Shown: positions 1-9,852, numbered from the stretch's first letter. The stretch: DNA of 64,000 nt from Hydrogenophilaceae bacterium (GCA_013389055.1 JACAEC010000152.1:13976-77975), one strand, 5' to 3'. Made by a program: numbers and translations. Notes: generated by a model not told the origin, from the sequence alone.

Positions 1-2990
1 CGCTGCAGCATCTCGACCTGGTTGCGCGTCGGCACGATGATCGAAACCTTGGGCGTAGCCTTGTGCCGATAACGGACATGGAAGGTTCCGGGGATCAAGC
101 CTTCAGCGATCTCACCGGCCAGCGACTGCCGCTCCAGATGCTCGGCCAGCGCATCGACCGAGGCGGCCTGCACGGCCTCGGCCGGCCGGCTGCAATGGCC
201 GCCAGAAGCGGCCCGGTGATAGAGCATATCGGCGACATGGCCGATGCCGGCCCCGCCCACCTGCTCATAGGCACGCAAGGTCAGGTCCCACTGCTCGGCC
301 CCCTCGAGTTCGCTGCGGAAGCCGCCCAGTTGCGCGAACAGGTCCTGCCGGGCCAGCAGCACGCCGCCGACGGCGAAGGGTGCGGCGCGCACGGTGTCGA
401 TGCTGAAGTCGGGCTTGAAGTAGGGATTCGAGCGACTGCCGTCGTCGGCTAGGCTGTCTTCGTCGGTGTAGATAAGGCGCCAATCCGGCTTGCGCAGGAT
501 GGCATCGGTCAATTCGAACAACGCCTGCGGCGCCAGCTTGTCGCCGGCCTCGATCATCGCCACCCATTCGGCATCGCTGGCGAGCAGCGCAGCGTTGAGC
601 AGCGGCAGTGCCGGTTTTTTCTCGTCGGCCACCAGCCACTGGATCACCTCCGACTGCTCGGTGTCCGCCGGCAATTCGCAGTAGGCGACAATGGTCAGCT
701 TCCAGGTCTGGTTGAAGAACTGTCCGCTCAGGCTTTGCAGGGTGCGGCCGATGCCCTCCTCGCTGCCCGGCGGCACGATCATGCCGAAATGGAAGCTCGG
801 CAAGCGCGACCACTGAGACATCCGCTCGGCCAGCCAAGCGGCATCGCGGTCCTGGAATTGCCGGGCTGCGGTCCAGATGCGATACATCTCTTCCGGCGGC
901 GGCCCCCGACCCGGCTCGGGCGGCCGAATGGCAAGCATCTCCTCGTCCGGCATCGGCCGCGCCACCACCAGATGCTGCAGGGTCTTCAGGTCGAGGAATT
1001 CCTCGGGACTGACGTCCTTGAGGATGAGCTTTTCCGTCTCGACATGGCGGGCGTTGTCCGGCAGTTCCATCTTTTCCAGACGGCCATCCAGGGTGCGGTC
1101 CCACTTCTCGATGATGAAGCCGGTCTCGTGGAAGAACTTCTCGATCTCCTGCCGGGTGAAGAAGCGGATGTGGGTGACGTCCAGCAGCCCCTCTTTTTCA
1201 TAGGGGAAGCGACCGTTGGCCAACTCGTTGAGCACCCAGAGGTTGCGGGTATTGGGGATGCTGGCGAGGATCTGGGCATCCGGCGTCAACCATTGCCGCA
1301 GTCGAATCATGGCCGCCCAGGGGTCATACAGATGCTCCAGCACGTCGGCGACGATGACCGTGTCGATGCTGTGGTGCTCGATGCCGAAGGTGGCGAAATC
1401 CACTTGCTCCAGCGGCCGGTCGATGACCAGGTCGATCCGTTCGCGCGCAATCTCGGCGGCCTGGAGGTTAAGCTCGATGCCGATCACCTGGGAATCCGGG
1501 AAATACTCCTTGATCTTGGCCCCGGTGGCGCCGCCGGCGCAGCCGATATCCAGCACCCGCTTGGGCGCCTTGCCCATCAGGATCAACAACTCGGCCCGCA
1601 GGTGGTCGTGATACGCCCCCTTCAGATCGGCCTCCGCCGTGGCGGACAATTCCTCCCAGACGAAGCCGCGACGGGGGATATCCATGGCACCGAATTCGGC
1701 GCCATGTGTAACCGGCCGGGCACACTCGACCATCACCCTGGCCACACGCTCCGCGGCCCGGCCGTCGTTGGCGTAATTGAAATAAGCCAGGCGCCGCCGC
1801 TGGGCCTGCAGAACGCCGGCCCGATAGGCGTTGTCGCCCAGCAGCCTGGCCAGCACGGCCGGCAGTTCGGCTGGACTGACGTCGACCACGCCGTCGTCGG
1901 CGCCAAAGGCCGGTCCCATCAGGCAGCCAAAATCGGTCGCCAGGTTGATCGCGGGCACGCCGACCAGCATCGCCTCGACAGAGACATTCGAATCGACCGA
2001 GATCACCGCGTCGGCGGCAACCAGCCAGGATTCCATATTCTCCGAGGTATAGAGGTAGTCATCTTGCTGCAGGCCGGCTTGGGCGGCCAACTCGGCCACG
2101 CGCTGCTGGCCGAACTCCATGTTCGAAGGCCGGTCCTTGATCACGCAGACCAGTTCCTCGCCAGACTGGCGCAGGGTCTTGCAGGCCTCGAGCACCGACA
2201 GAATGGTGTCGTCGTAGATACGCGGCTCGGAGAAGGCTGTCATTCCCGCCGCCCAAGTCGTGGCGAAGACAAGGAGCTTGGCCTGCTTGGAAAAGCCGTA
2301 ATGGGCCGACAGGACCTCGCGGAATTCCTGCCGCCGCAAGGGTAGGTGGGCATAAAGGTCCCAGGCCGGATTACCGGTCAGGCGCAGGCGCTCCTCGGCA
2401 ATGCCGACATCGAAGCAACCTTCAGCACCGCGCTGGCCGAACACCGCCAGCACATCGGCCTCGACCCGACGATCCGCCGTGTAATAACGGGCCATGCCCA
2501 CGCCATGGGTCAGATGCAGGCTGGGGACACCGCGCTGCTTGGCCCATTGCACCGCTGCCGCCGAGAGCGCCAGCCATTCCTCGTTCACCAGCAGGAGTTC
2601 GATATGGTAACGCCGCCGAGCCGCATCCAGTGCCGCCACCACATCGAGGCCTATGGCGAGGGTGTCGCGCACGACGGGGCCCAGGGTCTCCAGCATCGCC
2701 TCCGGTGTCAGACCACCTGCCGCACCCATGTTGGCCCACTCGGGGGCCTGCAACTGCGTTGCAATGGTCTGCCTGCGCGCGGCCACCTCCTCGGCATTGG
2801 TCTGCCTGGTTTGCTGGTCGAGCAGGTCTTCCATCGCCAGCAGGGTGCTGCCCGACTCCAGGACAAGTTGCTTCAGCTCCTCAGTGCAATAGCCCTGGAT
2901 GGTTAGGACGACCCGCGGGCGTTCGTGCAGGTAGTGCCGCAATACCGAAAAATTCTTCGGCCACAACAGGCAGACGAGGGCGTTGTTCAT
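1..2990 (-). CDS. Large multidomain glycosyltransferase (N-terminal GT-B-like domain + class I SAM methyltransferase + GT2 domains), 3' end outside the window; probable flagellin/surface glycan transferase
   Basis: Absent from the ORF track because there is no stop in the window. Manual translation from ATG 2990 (alternative GTG 3002): MNNALVCLLWPKNF...TGNPAWD...DAVISVDSNVSVEAMLVGVP (GT-B-like), RVLDIGCAGGATG...ADVLEHLYDPW...THIRFFT (MTase), IYTDED...FKPDFS and PKVSIIVPTRNQ (GT2). Confidence 0.8.
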   Translation of the reverse strand, partial: MNNALVCLLWPKNFSVLRHYLHERPRVVLTIQGYCTEELKQLVLESGSTLLAMEDLLDQQTRQTNAEEVAARRQTIATQLQAPEWANMGAAGGLTPEAMLETLGPVVRDTLAIGLDVVAALDAARRRYHIELLLVNEEWLALSAAAVQWAKQRGVPSLHLTHGVGMARYYTADRRVEADVLAVFGQRGAEGCFDVGIAEERLRLTGNPAWDLYAHLPLRRQEFREVLSAHYGFSKQAKLLVFATTWAAGMTAFSEPRIYDDTILSVLEACKTLRQSGEELVCVIKDRPSNMEFGQQRVAELAAQAGLQQDDYLYTSENMESWLVAADAVISVDSNVSVEAMLVGVPAINLATDFGCLMGPAFGADDGVVDVSPAELPAVLARLLGDNAYRAGVLQAQRRRLAYFNYANDGRAAERVARVMVECARPVTHGAEFGAMDIPRRGFVWEELSATAEADLKGAYHDHLRAELLILMGKAPKRVLDIGCAGGATGAKIKEYFPDSQVIGIELNLQAAEIARERIDLVIDRPLEQVDFATFGIEHHSIDTVIVADVLEHLYDPWAAMIRLRQWLTPDAQILASIPNTRNLWVLNELANGRFPYEKEGLLDVTHIRFFTRQEIEKFFHETGFIIEKWDRTLDGRLEKMELPDNARHVETEKLILKDVSPEEFLDLKTLQHLVVARPMPDEEMLAIRPPEPGRGPPPEEMYRIWTAARQFQDRDAAWLAERMSQWSRLPSFHFGMIVPPGSEEGIGRTLQSLSGQFFNQTWKLTIVAYCELPADTEQSEVIQWLVADEKKPALPLLNAALLASDAEWVAMIEAGDKLAPQALFELTDAILRKPDWRLIYTDEDSLADDGSRSNPYFKPDFSIDTVRAAPFAVGGVLLARQDLFAQLGGFRSELEGAEQWDLTLRAYEQVGGAGIGHVADMLYHRAASGGHCSRPAEAVQAASVDALAEHLERQSLAGEIAEGLIPGTFHVRYRHKATPKVSIIVPTRNQVEMLQ

Positions 2991-2998
2991 GGCCTGGC

Positions 2999-4126
2999 TC
3001 ACCCTTCCTTCTTCAGACAGGCTGTCAGCAAATTATTGATTCCGCTGTATTCGGTCACCGAGCCGAGACCGACGTCGTGATAAACCAGCGCCGTCCGGAA
3101 AGGGTCCGGGACATGCCAGGCCCGGGCCAAGGCAGTCACCCACATGTCCAGCATGCCTTTGTGGGTCCATTCGACCAGAAACTGGCCTTGTCCGGGGGGC
3201 AGGAAAGAGGCCATGTCGACATCCGGCGCACTGCCCCAGAGCGCAGTCCATAGATGGAAGAACAAGGCGCGGTTGCGCGGCGTGGTCAGGTGGGCCGCCA
3301 GCCGGGCCTGCCAGGCCTCCGGCTCGGGCAGCATTTGAGCGACCGCAGCGAAATCGATTTTGCCGCCAAGCGCCGCGTTCATTGCCGCCTGCTGTGCCAG
3401 CCAGTCCTGGTTGCCCTTGGCATCCGGCTGTTTTTCCAGCACCGCCACGAAGGACGGCGACAGCGACAAGGGCATACGGCCGAAGAACTCGCGCTCGAGG
3501 AAGAGATAGAAATCGCGCAGGGCGGGGTCGGTTTCGATCCAGGTCAGCAGCCGTTGCCACCAATGCTGCCCGGTCAGGATACGGCCTTCTGCCGGAAACA
3601 CGAAGGCGCCGTGATCCATCGCGCAGCAGGGGGTGACAGACCGAATCGCCAGACCGAGCGCATCCGCGGCCTGACGCAACTGCACGGCGGCAATCGCTAT
3701 CGAGCCTTGCCCAGCACTTTTTTCGACGGCGAAACGCTCGACATGATCCTGCGCGCGGGCGCTGAACAGAATCCTGCCGCCGGGGCGCAGCCTGCCGAGC
3801 AATGGTTGCAAGTCATCCTGCCAGTCGGGTGACTCGCCGAGCACATCGAGGGCCAGCACCGCGTCGAATTCGCCCAGGCCCGGGGGCAAGGCCAGCGCGT
3901 CGCCGAGTTGCAGGGTGACCGGCAAGGACTCGAAGGCCTCGCTGCAGGCATCCAACTGCTCCTGCGTGCGGCAGAGGCCGGTGACCGACAGGCCGTTGCC
4001 TGCGAGGCGCTGCGATACGCCACCGGGCCGGATCGCGACATCGAGCACCGATTGCCCTATGACCCCTGCCTCGCAGAGCGCTTCTTTCAATACCCGGCAA
4101 CGGACCCTGCTGTCGTCTTTATGCAC
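2999..4126 (-). CDS. Methyltransferase-fold protein with an unknown C-terminal domain
   Basis: VLDVAIRPG, FDAVLALDVL and LRPGGRILF resemble degenerate class I MTase motifs; lies in the operon. Confidence 0.6.
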   Translation of the reverse strand: MHKDDSRVRCRVLKEALCEAGVIGQSVLDVAIRPGGVSQRLAGNGLSVTGLCRTQEQLDACSEAFESLPVTLQLGDALALPPGLGEFDAVLALDVLGESPDWQDDLQPLLGRLRPGGRILFSARAQDHVERFAVEKSAGQGSIAIAAVQLRQAADALGLAIRSVTPCCAMDHGAFVFPAEGRILTGQHWWQRLLTWIETDPALRDFYLFLEREFFGRMPLSLSPSFVAVLEKQPDAKGNQDWLAQQAAMNAALGGKIDFAAVAQMLPEPEAWQARLAAHLTTPRNRALFFHLWTALWGSAPDVDMASFLPPGQGQFLVEWTHKGMLDMWVTALARAWHVPDPFRTALVYHDVGLGSVTEYSGINNLLTACLKKEG

Positions 4127-4147
4127 GCTGCTTTCTCCCCTGTCGCA

Positions 4148-4831
4148 TTATTCCGTCAGCCGGCGCCCCAGCATGAAGGCCTCGGCCGCCGCAGCACCGA
4201 CGCCGGCACCGCGCCAGCGGGCGAGATGCTCAACCGCCTCGACCGAGCGGGCGTGGGGAAAGGCCCGCATCTCTTCGGCATAGGCTTGCAGTGCCTGAAT
4301 CTTGCGACCCAGCGTGGTCTCAATCGGCACGAACCAATTGGGCTGAAAGGCAGGTGCGGTGCCGGGCGGCTGCCACTCGGTGCTGGAAGCCACCTCGAAA
4401 AACAGCAGGGTCCGCACGCACTGGCCGGGCATCGGCCGGCAGGCGGTCACCACCGCCTGGTGCACGATGCGGTGGTCGATGTTCACGTCGCCGGCGTGGT
4501 GGGTATAGACGGTATCGGGACGGAAGGTCTCGATCACGGCCTCGATGCGCTTGACGACATCGAGCAGATCGACCGAGTCCATCCGGTTGTCCGGAAAATC
4601 GTGGAGGGTTACGCTGGCGCCGAGGATGGCGCCGGCCCGCTGGGCCGCTGAACCGAGGCGATCGAGATCGGCCGACATGGCCGTGCGGTCGCGCTGGCTT
4701 GCCCGGCTGGTGGCGCCTTCGGCCAGGATGACGATGGCCACCTCGTCGCCCTGATCGCTATGCCGGGCGATGGTGCCGCCACAACCGAGCACCTCGTCAT
4801 CGGGATGCGCCGCCACCACGAGCACTTTCAA
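4148..4831 (-). CDS. PIG-L/LmbE family N-deacetylase
   Basis: AAHPDDEVLGCGG and YTHHAGDVNIDH motifs. Confidence 0.9.
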   Translation of the reverse strand: MKVLVVAAHPDDEVLGCGGTIARHSDQGDEVAIVILAEGATSRASQRDRTAMSADLDRLGSAAQRAGAILGASVTLHDFPDNRMDSVDLLDVVKRIEAVIETFRPDTVYTHHAGDVNIDHRIVHQAVVTACRPMPGQCVRTLLFFEVASSTEWQPPGTAPAFQPNWFVPIETTLGRKIQALQAYAEEMRAFPHARSVEAVEHLARWRGAGVGAAAAEAFMLGRRLTE

Positions 4832-5874
4832 ATGGCATCCTCCGGTTTGATCAGAGTATCGGCAGCCAGATCGCGGCTGGCGTGGCGGCCGAAGAACTCC
4901 GGCAGCCGGGCGGTCGGCAGGCCGGCGCCCGGCCGCTTGCCGTCGATGTTCTCCGGCGTGAACAGTTCGCCCTTGGCGATGGGCCGCATGGTGCAGATGC
5001 TGCGGTAGTAGTCGGCGGACATCTTGCGGTCGACGTCCGAGGGCCGGATGGCCTCCTGACCTAAGGCCCGCTCGGCGCGGCGGATGCGGGCAACCCAGGC
5101 CTTCAGCTCCTCGGGCTCGAGCGATTCGTCGGCATGGAAGGCCTTGAGGAAACGGCTGAGGATCAGGCGCTTCTCCAGGTAATGCGCACCCATGCCCAAG
5201 GCGAGCAGATCGAGGTCGTCGTCGCGGCCCGGCGAGGAGAAGCCGGCCGGCCAGGGATATTTCTTATGCAGATGCACCAGCGCCCGCATGTTCATCTGAG
5301 CTTCGTCGGTGGTGTGGAAGTCGTGCATGAACAGCACCGTCTTGCCTCCCGCCTCACGGAACCATTGCACCAGCTCGTCCGCCTCCGCCTCGGTGCCGGG
5401 GCCGAGATCGACGAACAGGGGCTTGCCGGTCGCGGCGATCTTTTCCACCAGCGGGCGGTAGGTGATGTCCCAGGCCCCCATCTTGTGGGCCGGTACCTCC
5501 AGCGATTCCAGCAAGTCGACGCCCTCCAGGTAATCGACCGTGGCGAAGAAGAGCATGCCTTGGGCATGACAGGCAGCCCGAATGGTCCGCCACTCGTCCA
5601 GGCTGAACTGCAGCCGGCTGAACATGGCCTTCATGTTCGCGCTGTGCTCGTGGCCACCGGAGGAAAAACGATACTGCACCTTGGTGTCGGACAATTGGTT
5701 CGGGTCGATGACCTGGAACTTCATGGCGTCGACCCCGGCGGCGGCCCCGGCCTCGATCAGGCGCAAGGCATTGTCCAAGTCGCCCAGACAGGTCGTGCCG
5801 ACCTCGATGACGATAAAACAGGGTTGGCCCGGACCGATCGTTCGATCGCCGATCCGGACGGTTTCCGTCTTCAA
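4828..5874 (-). CDS. NeuB-family (N-acylneuraminate synthase-like) protein with SAF domain and a degenerate active site
   Basis: IGPGQPCFIVIEVG, DAMKFQ, C-terminal KRPGAGLP SAF domain; start moved to TTG 5874, behind a GGAGG RBS. Confidence 0.8.
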   Translation of the reverse strand: MKTETVRIGDRTIGPGQPCFIVIEVGTTCLGDLDNALRLIEAGAAAGVDAMKFQVIDPNQLSDTKVQYRFSSGGHEHSANMKAMFSRLQFSLDEWRTIRAACHAQGMLFFATVDYLEGVDLLESLEVPAHKMGAWDITYRPLVEKIAATGKPLFVDLGPGTEAEADELVQWFREAGGKTVLFMHDFHTTDEAQMNMRALVHLHKKYPWPAGFSSPGRDDDLDLLALGMGAHYLEKRLILSRFLKAFHADESLEPEELKAWVARIRRAERALGQEAIRPSDVDRKMSADYYRSICTMRPIAKGELFTPENIDGKRPGAGLPTARLPEFFGRHASRDLAADTLIKPEDAI

Positions 5875-5878
5875 CTCT

Positions 5879-6598
5879 TTATCCTCCTCCAGCCAACAAA
5901 TCCGCCCGCGTGAGATTGCCGGACAGCAAGATGTCCCGGCTCTCGTCGCCGCAATTGAACAGCAGATCGACAATGCTTAAGTGTGACACGAAATCACCGT
6001 GAAGTTGCGGATACACAGGGTGAACATAGTCCTGAAAATGCGCCTTGATGCCTGCGGCATCAAAGGCGGCGATATCGGCATAGTCGCGCCCCATCGCTCC
6101 GAAGATATAGTCGCTCGCCCCAACCTGCCGGCACATATCCAAGACCAGATCGCTCTTCTCGCCCTGAAACTGCCATTCGCCTGCGGAACGCACCGGGACT
6201 GGGATGCCCAAGATATCCAGAAACCCCTTGAGCATGGTTTCGTTGAGGTCAACCAGCCGCTCCCAGCGGCGGGCGTAGATGTCCTGGAAATAATCGGCGT
6301 AGCGTTTGAAATACGGTGCCTTGGCGTAGGCCACCTGCAGGCTCTTCCAGTGCTTGCGCGCCCAGGGCTCGCTGTTGTTGATCTCCAGATCGCTGATGGT
6401 CTTTTCCAGGTAACCCTTGCGCAGCACCGGCACCGACAGCCAGATCGGCCCTTGCTGGGTCTTGATCTGGTTGCGGTTATTCCAGTCCTTGGGCTGGTAT
6501 TGCACCTGGTTGAACGATATGAACATATCGGCCAGGGCGATCTTGTGGAACAGTCCGAGCCAGGGCAGGTAGACGGGTTGATGGGCAGTGAGGATCAT
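5879..6598 (-). CDS. WbqC family protein (putative glycine/acyl transferase)
   Basis: AHQPVYLPWLGLFHKI, NRNQIKT, YPQLHGDFVSHLSIVDLLFN signatures. Confidence 0.9.
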   Translation of the reverse strand: MILTAHQPVYLPWLGLFHKIALADMFISFNQVQYQPKDWNNRNQIKTQQGPIWLSVPVLRKGYLEKTISDLEINNSEPWARKHWKSLQVAYAKAPYFKRYADYFQDIYARRWERLVDLNETMLKGFLDILGIPVPVRSAGEWQFQGEKSDLVLDMCRQVGASDYIFGAMGRDYADIAAFDAAGIKAHFQDYVHPVYPQLHGDFVSHLSIVDLLFNCGDESRDILLSGNLTRADLLAGGG

Positions 6599-7647
6599 GG
6601 CCGGAATCCTGACAAGGCGGCCGCCGCTTGCGCAAGCTGCGCATCGGACAAGCCAGGGTGGATGGGCAGCGACAGGCTGGTATCGGCCAGGCGCTCGGCA
6701 ACCGGAAAGTCCGCAGGGTCCAGCTTCAGGTAGCGATGCAGCAGTTCATAGCGCTCGATCGGCACGGCGCAGCCGACACCGGCCTGCTCCATATGCCGGC
6801 GCAAGGCCTCGCGGGTGGCCAAGTCCGGTGCCAGCACGACGAAACGATAGGCCATGCGTCCGGCATCCGCGAGCCCCGACTGGACCGAGAGACCGGCCGG
6901 CAAAGCCGCCAGATAGCTGCGCGCAATCGCTTGGCGCCGGCTGCGAATGGCTTCCAGCCTGGCCAACTGGCTGTTGACCAGGGCGGCCTGGATATCGGTC
7001 ATCTGCAGGTTGAAGCGGGGCACGTAGCTTTCGCGGCAATCGAACTGGCGATAATACCGCACGGCTTCCGCCACATCGGCAGCCTTGGACCAGACCAGAC
7101 CGCCCTGGCCGCCGGTGACGATCTTGGTGGCGTAGAAGGAGAACACCGCCGCCTCGCCCTGACTGCCTAGTTGACCCTGAACGCCCACGCCGCCCAAAGA
7201 CTGGCAGCAATCCTCGATCAACTGCCGGCCGGGCGCCTGCAAGGCAGCGACATCGGCAGGGGCCCCGTAGGTGTGGACGGCGATGGCGAAGGCCGCCTCG
7301 GCCGCCTGCCTGGCGAGTGCGGCCGGGTCCAGGCAAAAGCTGTCGGGCAGGACATCGACCACCTTGGGCGTCGCCCCTGCCAGGTAGACCGCGTTGAGCA
7401 GGGCCGAGCAGGCATAGCTGGGCACGGCCACAGTGGCACCTTCTCCAGCACCCAATGACTTCAAGGCCAGAAACAGGGCCGCACTGCCGCTGGACAGGGC
7501 ACAGGCCCCGCCGCCGCCATAGCGCCGGACGAAGTCGGCCTCCAGCGCGGCCACGGCCGGGCCTTGAGCGATCCAGCCCGAGGCCAGCACGGCATCCACC
7601 GCCGCGCGGTCTTCGGCAGTGATCAAGGGCCGGTTATGGGGAATCAT
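6595..7647 (-). CDS. DegT/DnrJ/EryC1/StrS family PLP aminotransferase
   Basis: MIPHNRP start, IEDCCQSLG, FSFYATKIVTGGQGG (PLP lysine), LSLPIHP; start adjusted to ATG 7647. Confidence 0.9.
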   Translation of the reverse strand: MIPHNRPLITAEDRAAVDAVLASGWIAQGPAVAALEADFVRRYGGGGACALSSGSAALFLALKSLGAGEGATVAVPSYACSALLNAVYLAGATPKVVDVLPDSFCLDPAALARQAAEAAFAIAVHTYGAPADVAALQAPGRQLIEDCCQSLGGVGVQGQLGSQGEAAVFSFYATKIVTGGQGGLVWSKAADVAEAVRYYRQFDCRESYVPRFNLQMTDIQAALVNSQLARLEAIRSRRQAIARSYLAALPAGLSVQSGLADAGRMAYRFVVLAPDLATREALRRHMEQAGVGCAVPIERYELLHRYLKLDPADFPVAERLADTSLSLPIHPGLSDAQLAQAAAALSGFRP

Positions 7648-8107
7648 CGCCCTGCCAGGGGCCATGCTTGGCCTCGTATTCGGCGCGGTAATAGCCCGGC
7701 TTGACCCCATCGGCCAGCACCAGGGAGAACGGCGGGATGACTCCGGCCCGCACCACCGTGCCGGCGGCCACCACCGAATGATGGCCGATCACCGCCCCGC
7801 CCAGGATGGCGCAGTGGGAACCGATGAACACGCAGTCGCCGTTGCGGATATCGCGGTTGTCGTTGGCCTCAGCCAAGCCGATGCAACGGCGATGGGAATC
7901 GGCCACGTTGATCGCGACGAAGGAGGCGATGTCGCAATCGCGGCCGATCACTACGCGCGCGCCCTTGGCGTTGACCTCGGAGAAGCCGCCGATATAGGTG
8001 CCCGGCCCGATCTCCGGCTCGCCGTTGATCCAGACCAGCGGGTGATAGGGATTGTCCCGGTTGTGAACGGTCTTCAGGAAAAGCTGCTTGAATTCGCTCT
8101 CTTCCAT
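7634..8107 (-). CDS. Hexapeptide-repeat (left-handed beta-helix) acyltransferase
   Basis: VVIGRDCDIA, CVFIGSHCAILGGAVIGHHSVVAAGTVV repeats. Confidence 0.85.
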   Translation of the reverse strand: MEESEFKQLFLKTVHNRDNPYHPLVWINGEPEIGPGTYIGGFSEVNAKGARVVIGRDCDIASFVAINVADSHRRCIGLAEANDNRDIRNGDCVFIGSHCAILGGAVIGHHSVVAAGTVVRAGVIPPFSLVLADGVKPGYYRAEYEAKHGPWQGDDSP

Positions 8108-8114
8108 CTTCGGC

Positions 8115-9164
8115 CTACAGCTCTATCGGCTCGCCTGCCCGGTAAGCGCGCGGCGCCGGCCGGCCCAGCAGATAGTCGAGAAAGCCCGGCGGGAAGCCCT
8201 TGCCCCCGGCCACCCGGCGCAGGGTGATGGCCTGCTCGGTGAGGGTCTCGCCGGCCTGGATGTCGCGCGCCGCGACCAGCCGGCGCCGATATTCGCGCTT
8301 GTTGCCGCGCTCGATCGCAGTCGGTCGCACCAGCGGGCTGCCCAGCATGCGGTGGGCGGTGCGGATGCCGCTGACCCACTCGCCCAGGCCGGCCGGGTCT
8401 TCCGAGAACCAGTGGTCGGGGCCGGGCAGGTCGTGACTCAGGGTGAAATGCTTTTCCAGGAACACCGCCCCCAGGGCCACCGCCAGGGCCGAGGCCAGGG
8501 CACCGCTAGTGTGGTCGGAGAAACCGATCGGCACCACGGGGAAGGCGGCGCGCAAGGTGGCGATGCGCGCCAGGTTGGTGTCGTCCGGCGGGGTCGGGTA
8601 TTGCGAGGTGCAGACCAGCAGGATCACCGGGTAGCCGTCGAGGCCGCCGACCGCATCCAGGGCCTGGTGCGCCTCGGCCAGGTCCGACATGCCGGTCGAC
8701 AGGATCAGCGGCAGGCCGGACTGGGCGTAGCTTTTCAGCAGCGGCAGATTGGTGAAATCGTCCGAGCCGACCTTCACCGCCGGCACGCCGACCTTGAGCA
8801 GGATGTCGAGGTCGGAGCGGTTTTGCGGCGTCGAAAAAAACAGGATGCCGGCCTTCGCGCATTCGGCCTTGATCACCGGCCAGGCGCTCTCCGGCAGCTC
8901 GTAGCGCTGGAACATGGCCAGCATGGATTCCGTCACCTCTTTGCCCTGCGAACGGTAGGTGAACATCTGCGACGGGTCGTTGACGAATTCCTTGGCCTTG
9001 AAGGTCTGGAACTTCACCGCATCGCAGCCGGCCGACTTGGCGACATGGATCATCTCCAGGGCGCGGTCCAGCTCGCCGTTGTGGTTGATGCCGACCTCGG
9101 CCACGACAAAGGGGTCGCAACCAACTCCGACGGCACGGTCGCCGATCATCACTTGTGGATTCAC
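8115..9164 (-). CDS. neuB: Nonulosonic acid synthase (NeuB/PseI/LegI family)
   Basis: AEVGINHNG, DAVKFQTF, PLILSTGMS, GFSDHT, LEKHFTL, PDHWFS and SAF tail all intact. Confidence 0.9.
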   Translation of the reverse strand: MNPQVMIGDRAVGVGCDPFVVAEVGINHNGELDRALEMIHVAKSAGCDAVKFQTFKAKEFVNDPSQMFTYRSQGKEVTESMLAMFQRYELPESAWPVIKAECAKAGILFFSTPQNRSDLDILLKVGVPAVKVGSDDFTNLPLLKSYAQSGLPLILSTGMSDLAEAHQALDAVGGLDGYPVILLVCTSQYPTPPDDTNLARIATLRAAFPVVPIGFSDHTSGALASALAVALGAVFLEKHFTLSHDLPGPDHWFSEDPAGLGEWVSGIRTAHRMLGSPLVRPTAIERGNKREYRRRLVAARDIQAGETLTEQAITLRRVAGGKGFPPGFLDYLLGRPAPRAYRAGEPIEL

Positions 9165-9174
9165 ACCGCCCTCC

Positions 9175-9852
9175 TCATCCGGCCTTGTCCAGGACCAGAT
9201 CGAACATGTAGAAATGCTGCCAGATGCGCTCGCTGATCGGCTCGATCCGTGCGGTCAAACCGGCCGTCGCGGCAAGTTCGGACAGCCGCGGCCCCGACAG
9301 CCAGAGCAGGTCGTCGAGCAAGGCGATCTCGCGCTCCGCCGCGGCCTGGTCGGCCCGCTCGCGCACCACCGCCTCGTAAGCCCCACGCCGCGCCGGGTCC
9401 GGATTGGCTGCCAACAGGGCGCGGCCACCCGGTTTCAGCACCCGAGCCACCTCGCGCATGGCCTGAGCCACCGCCGCCTCATTGCCCAGATACTGCAGCA
9501 CGCTGTAGGCCAAGAGCTTATCCACACAGGCCTCTTCCAGAGGCAGATCGGTCAGGCTGCCCACCTGCAAGGAGACATTGGTCGCCCCCTCCAGGTTATG
9601 GCGGGCGCGTTCGATCAGGGCCGGGCTGATGTCGATGCCGTGAATTCGATCCAACCAGGGGGCGAGCGACAATGCAATCAGGCCGGCGCCGCAGCCGATG
9701 TCGGCCAGGCGCTCGCCTTGGCGAAGATCGAGCAGGCGCACGACCTCGGCCACGGTATACAGATAGCCGGGCACATCCATCAGCCCGCGGCCGGTGGCCT
9801 GGAAGTCGTTGCCGGCAACGGCCTTGGCCTCCCAGAAGGCAAACCAGTCCAT
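9175..9852 (-). CDS. Class I SAM-dependent methyltransferase
   Basis: LADIGCGAG, GIDIS, RVLKPGG; start adjusted to ATG 9852, which overlaps the upstream stop. Confidence 0.85.
   Translation of the reverse strand: MDWFAFWEAKAVAGNDFQATGRGLMDVPGYLYTVAEVVRLLDLRQGERLADIGCGAGLIALSLAPWLDRIHGIDISPALIERARHNLEGATNVSLQVGSLTDLPLEEACVDKLLAYSVLQYLGNEAAVAQAMREVARVLKPGGRALLAANPDPARRGAYEAVVRERADQAAAEREIALLDDLLWLSGPRLSELAATAGLTARIEPISERIWQHFYMFDLVLDKAG

Noticed and set aside
735-2906. Long plus-strand ORFs (536 aa, 186 aa) and the many similar antisense ORFs across the window
   Set aside because: They are shadows of real opposite-strand genes in GC-rich DNA and carry no protein motifs
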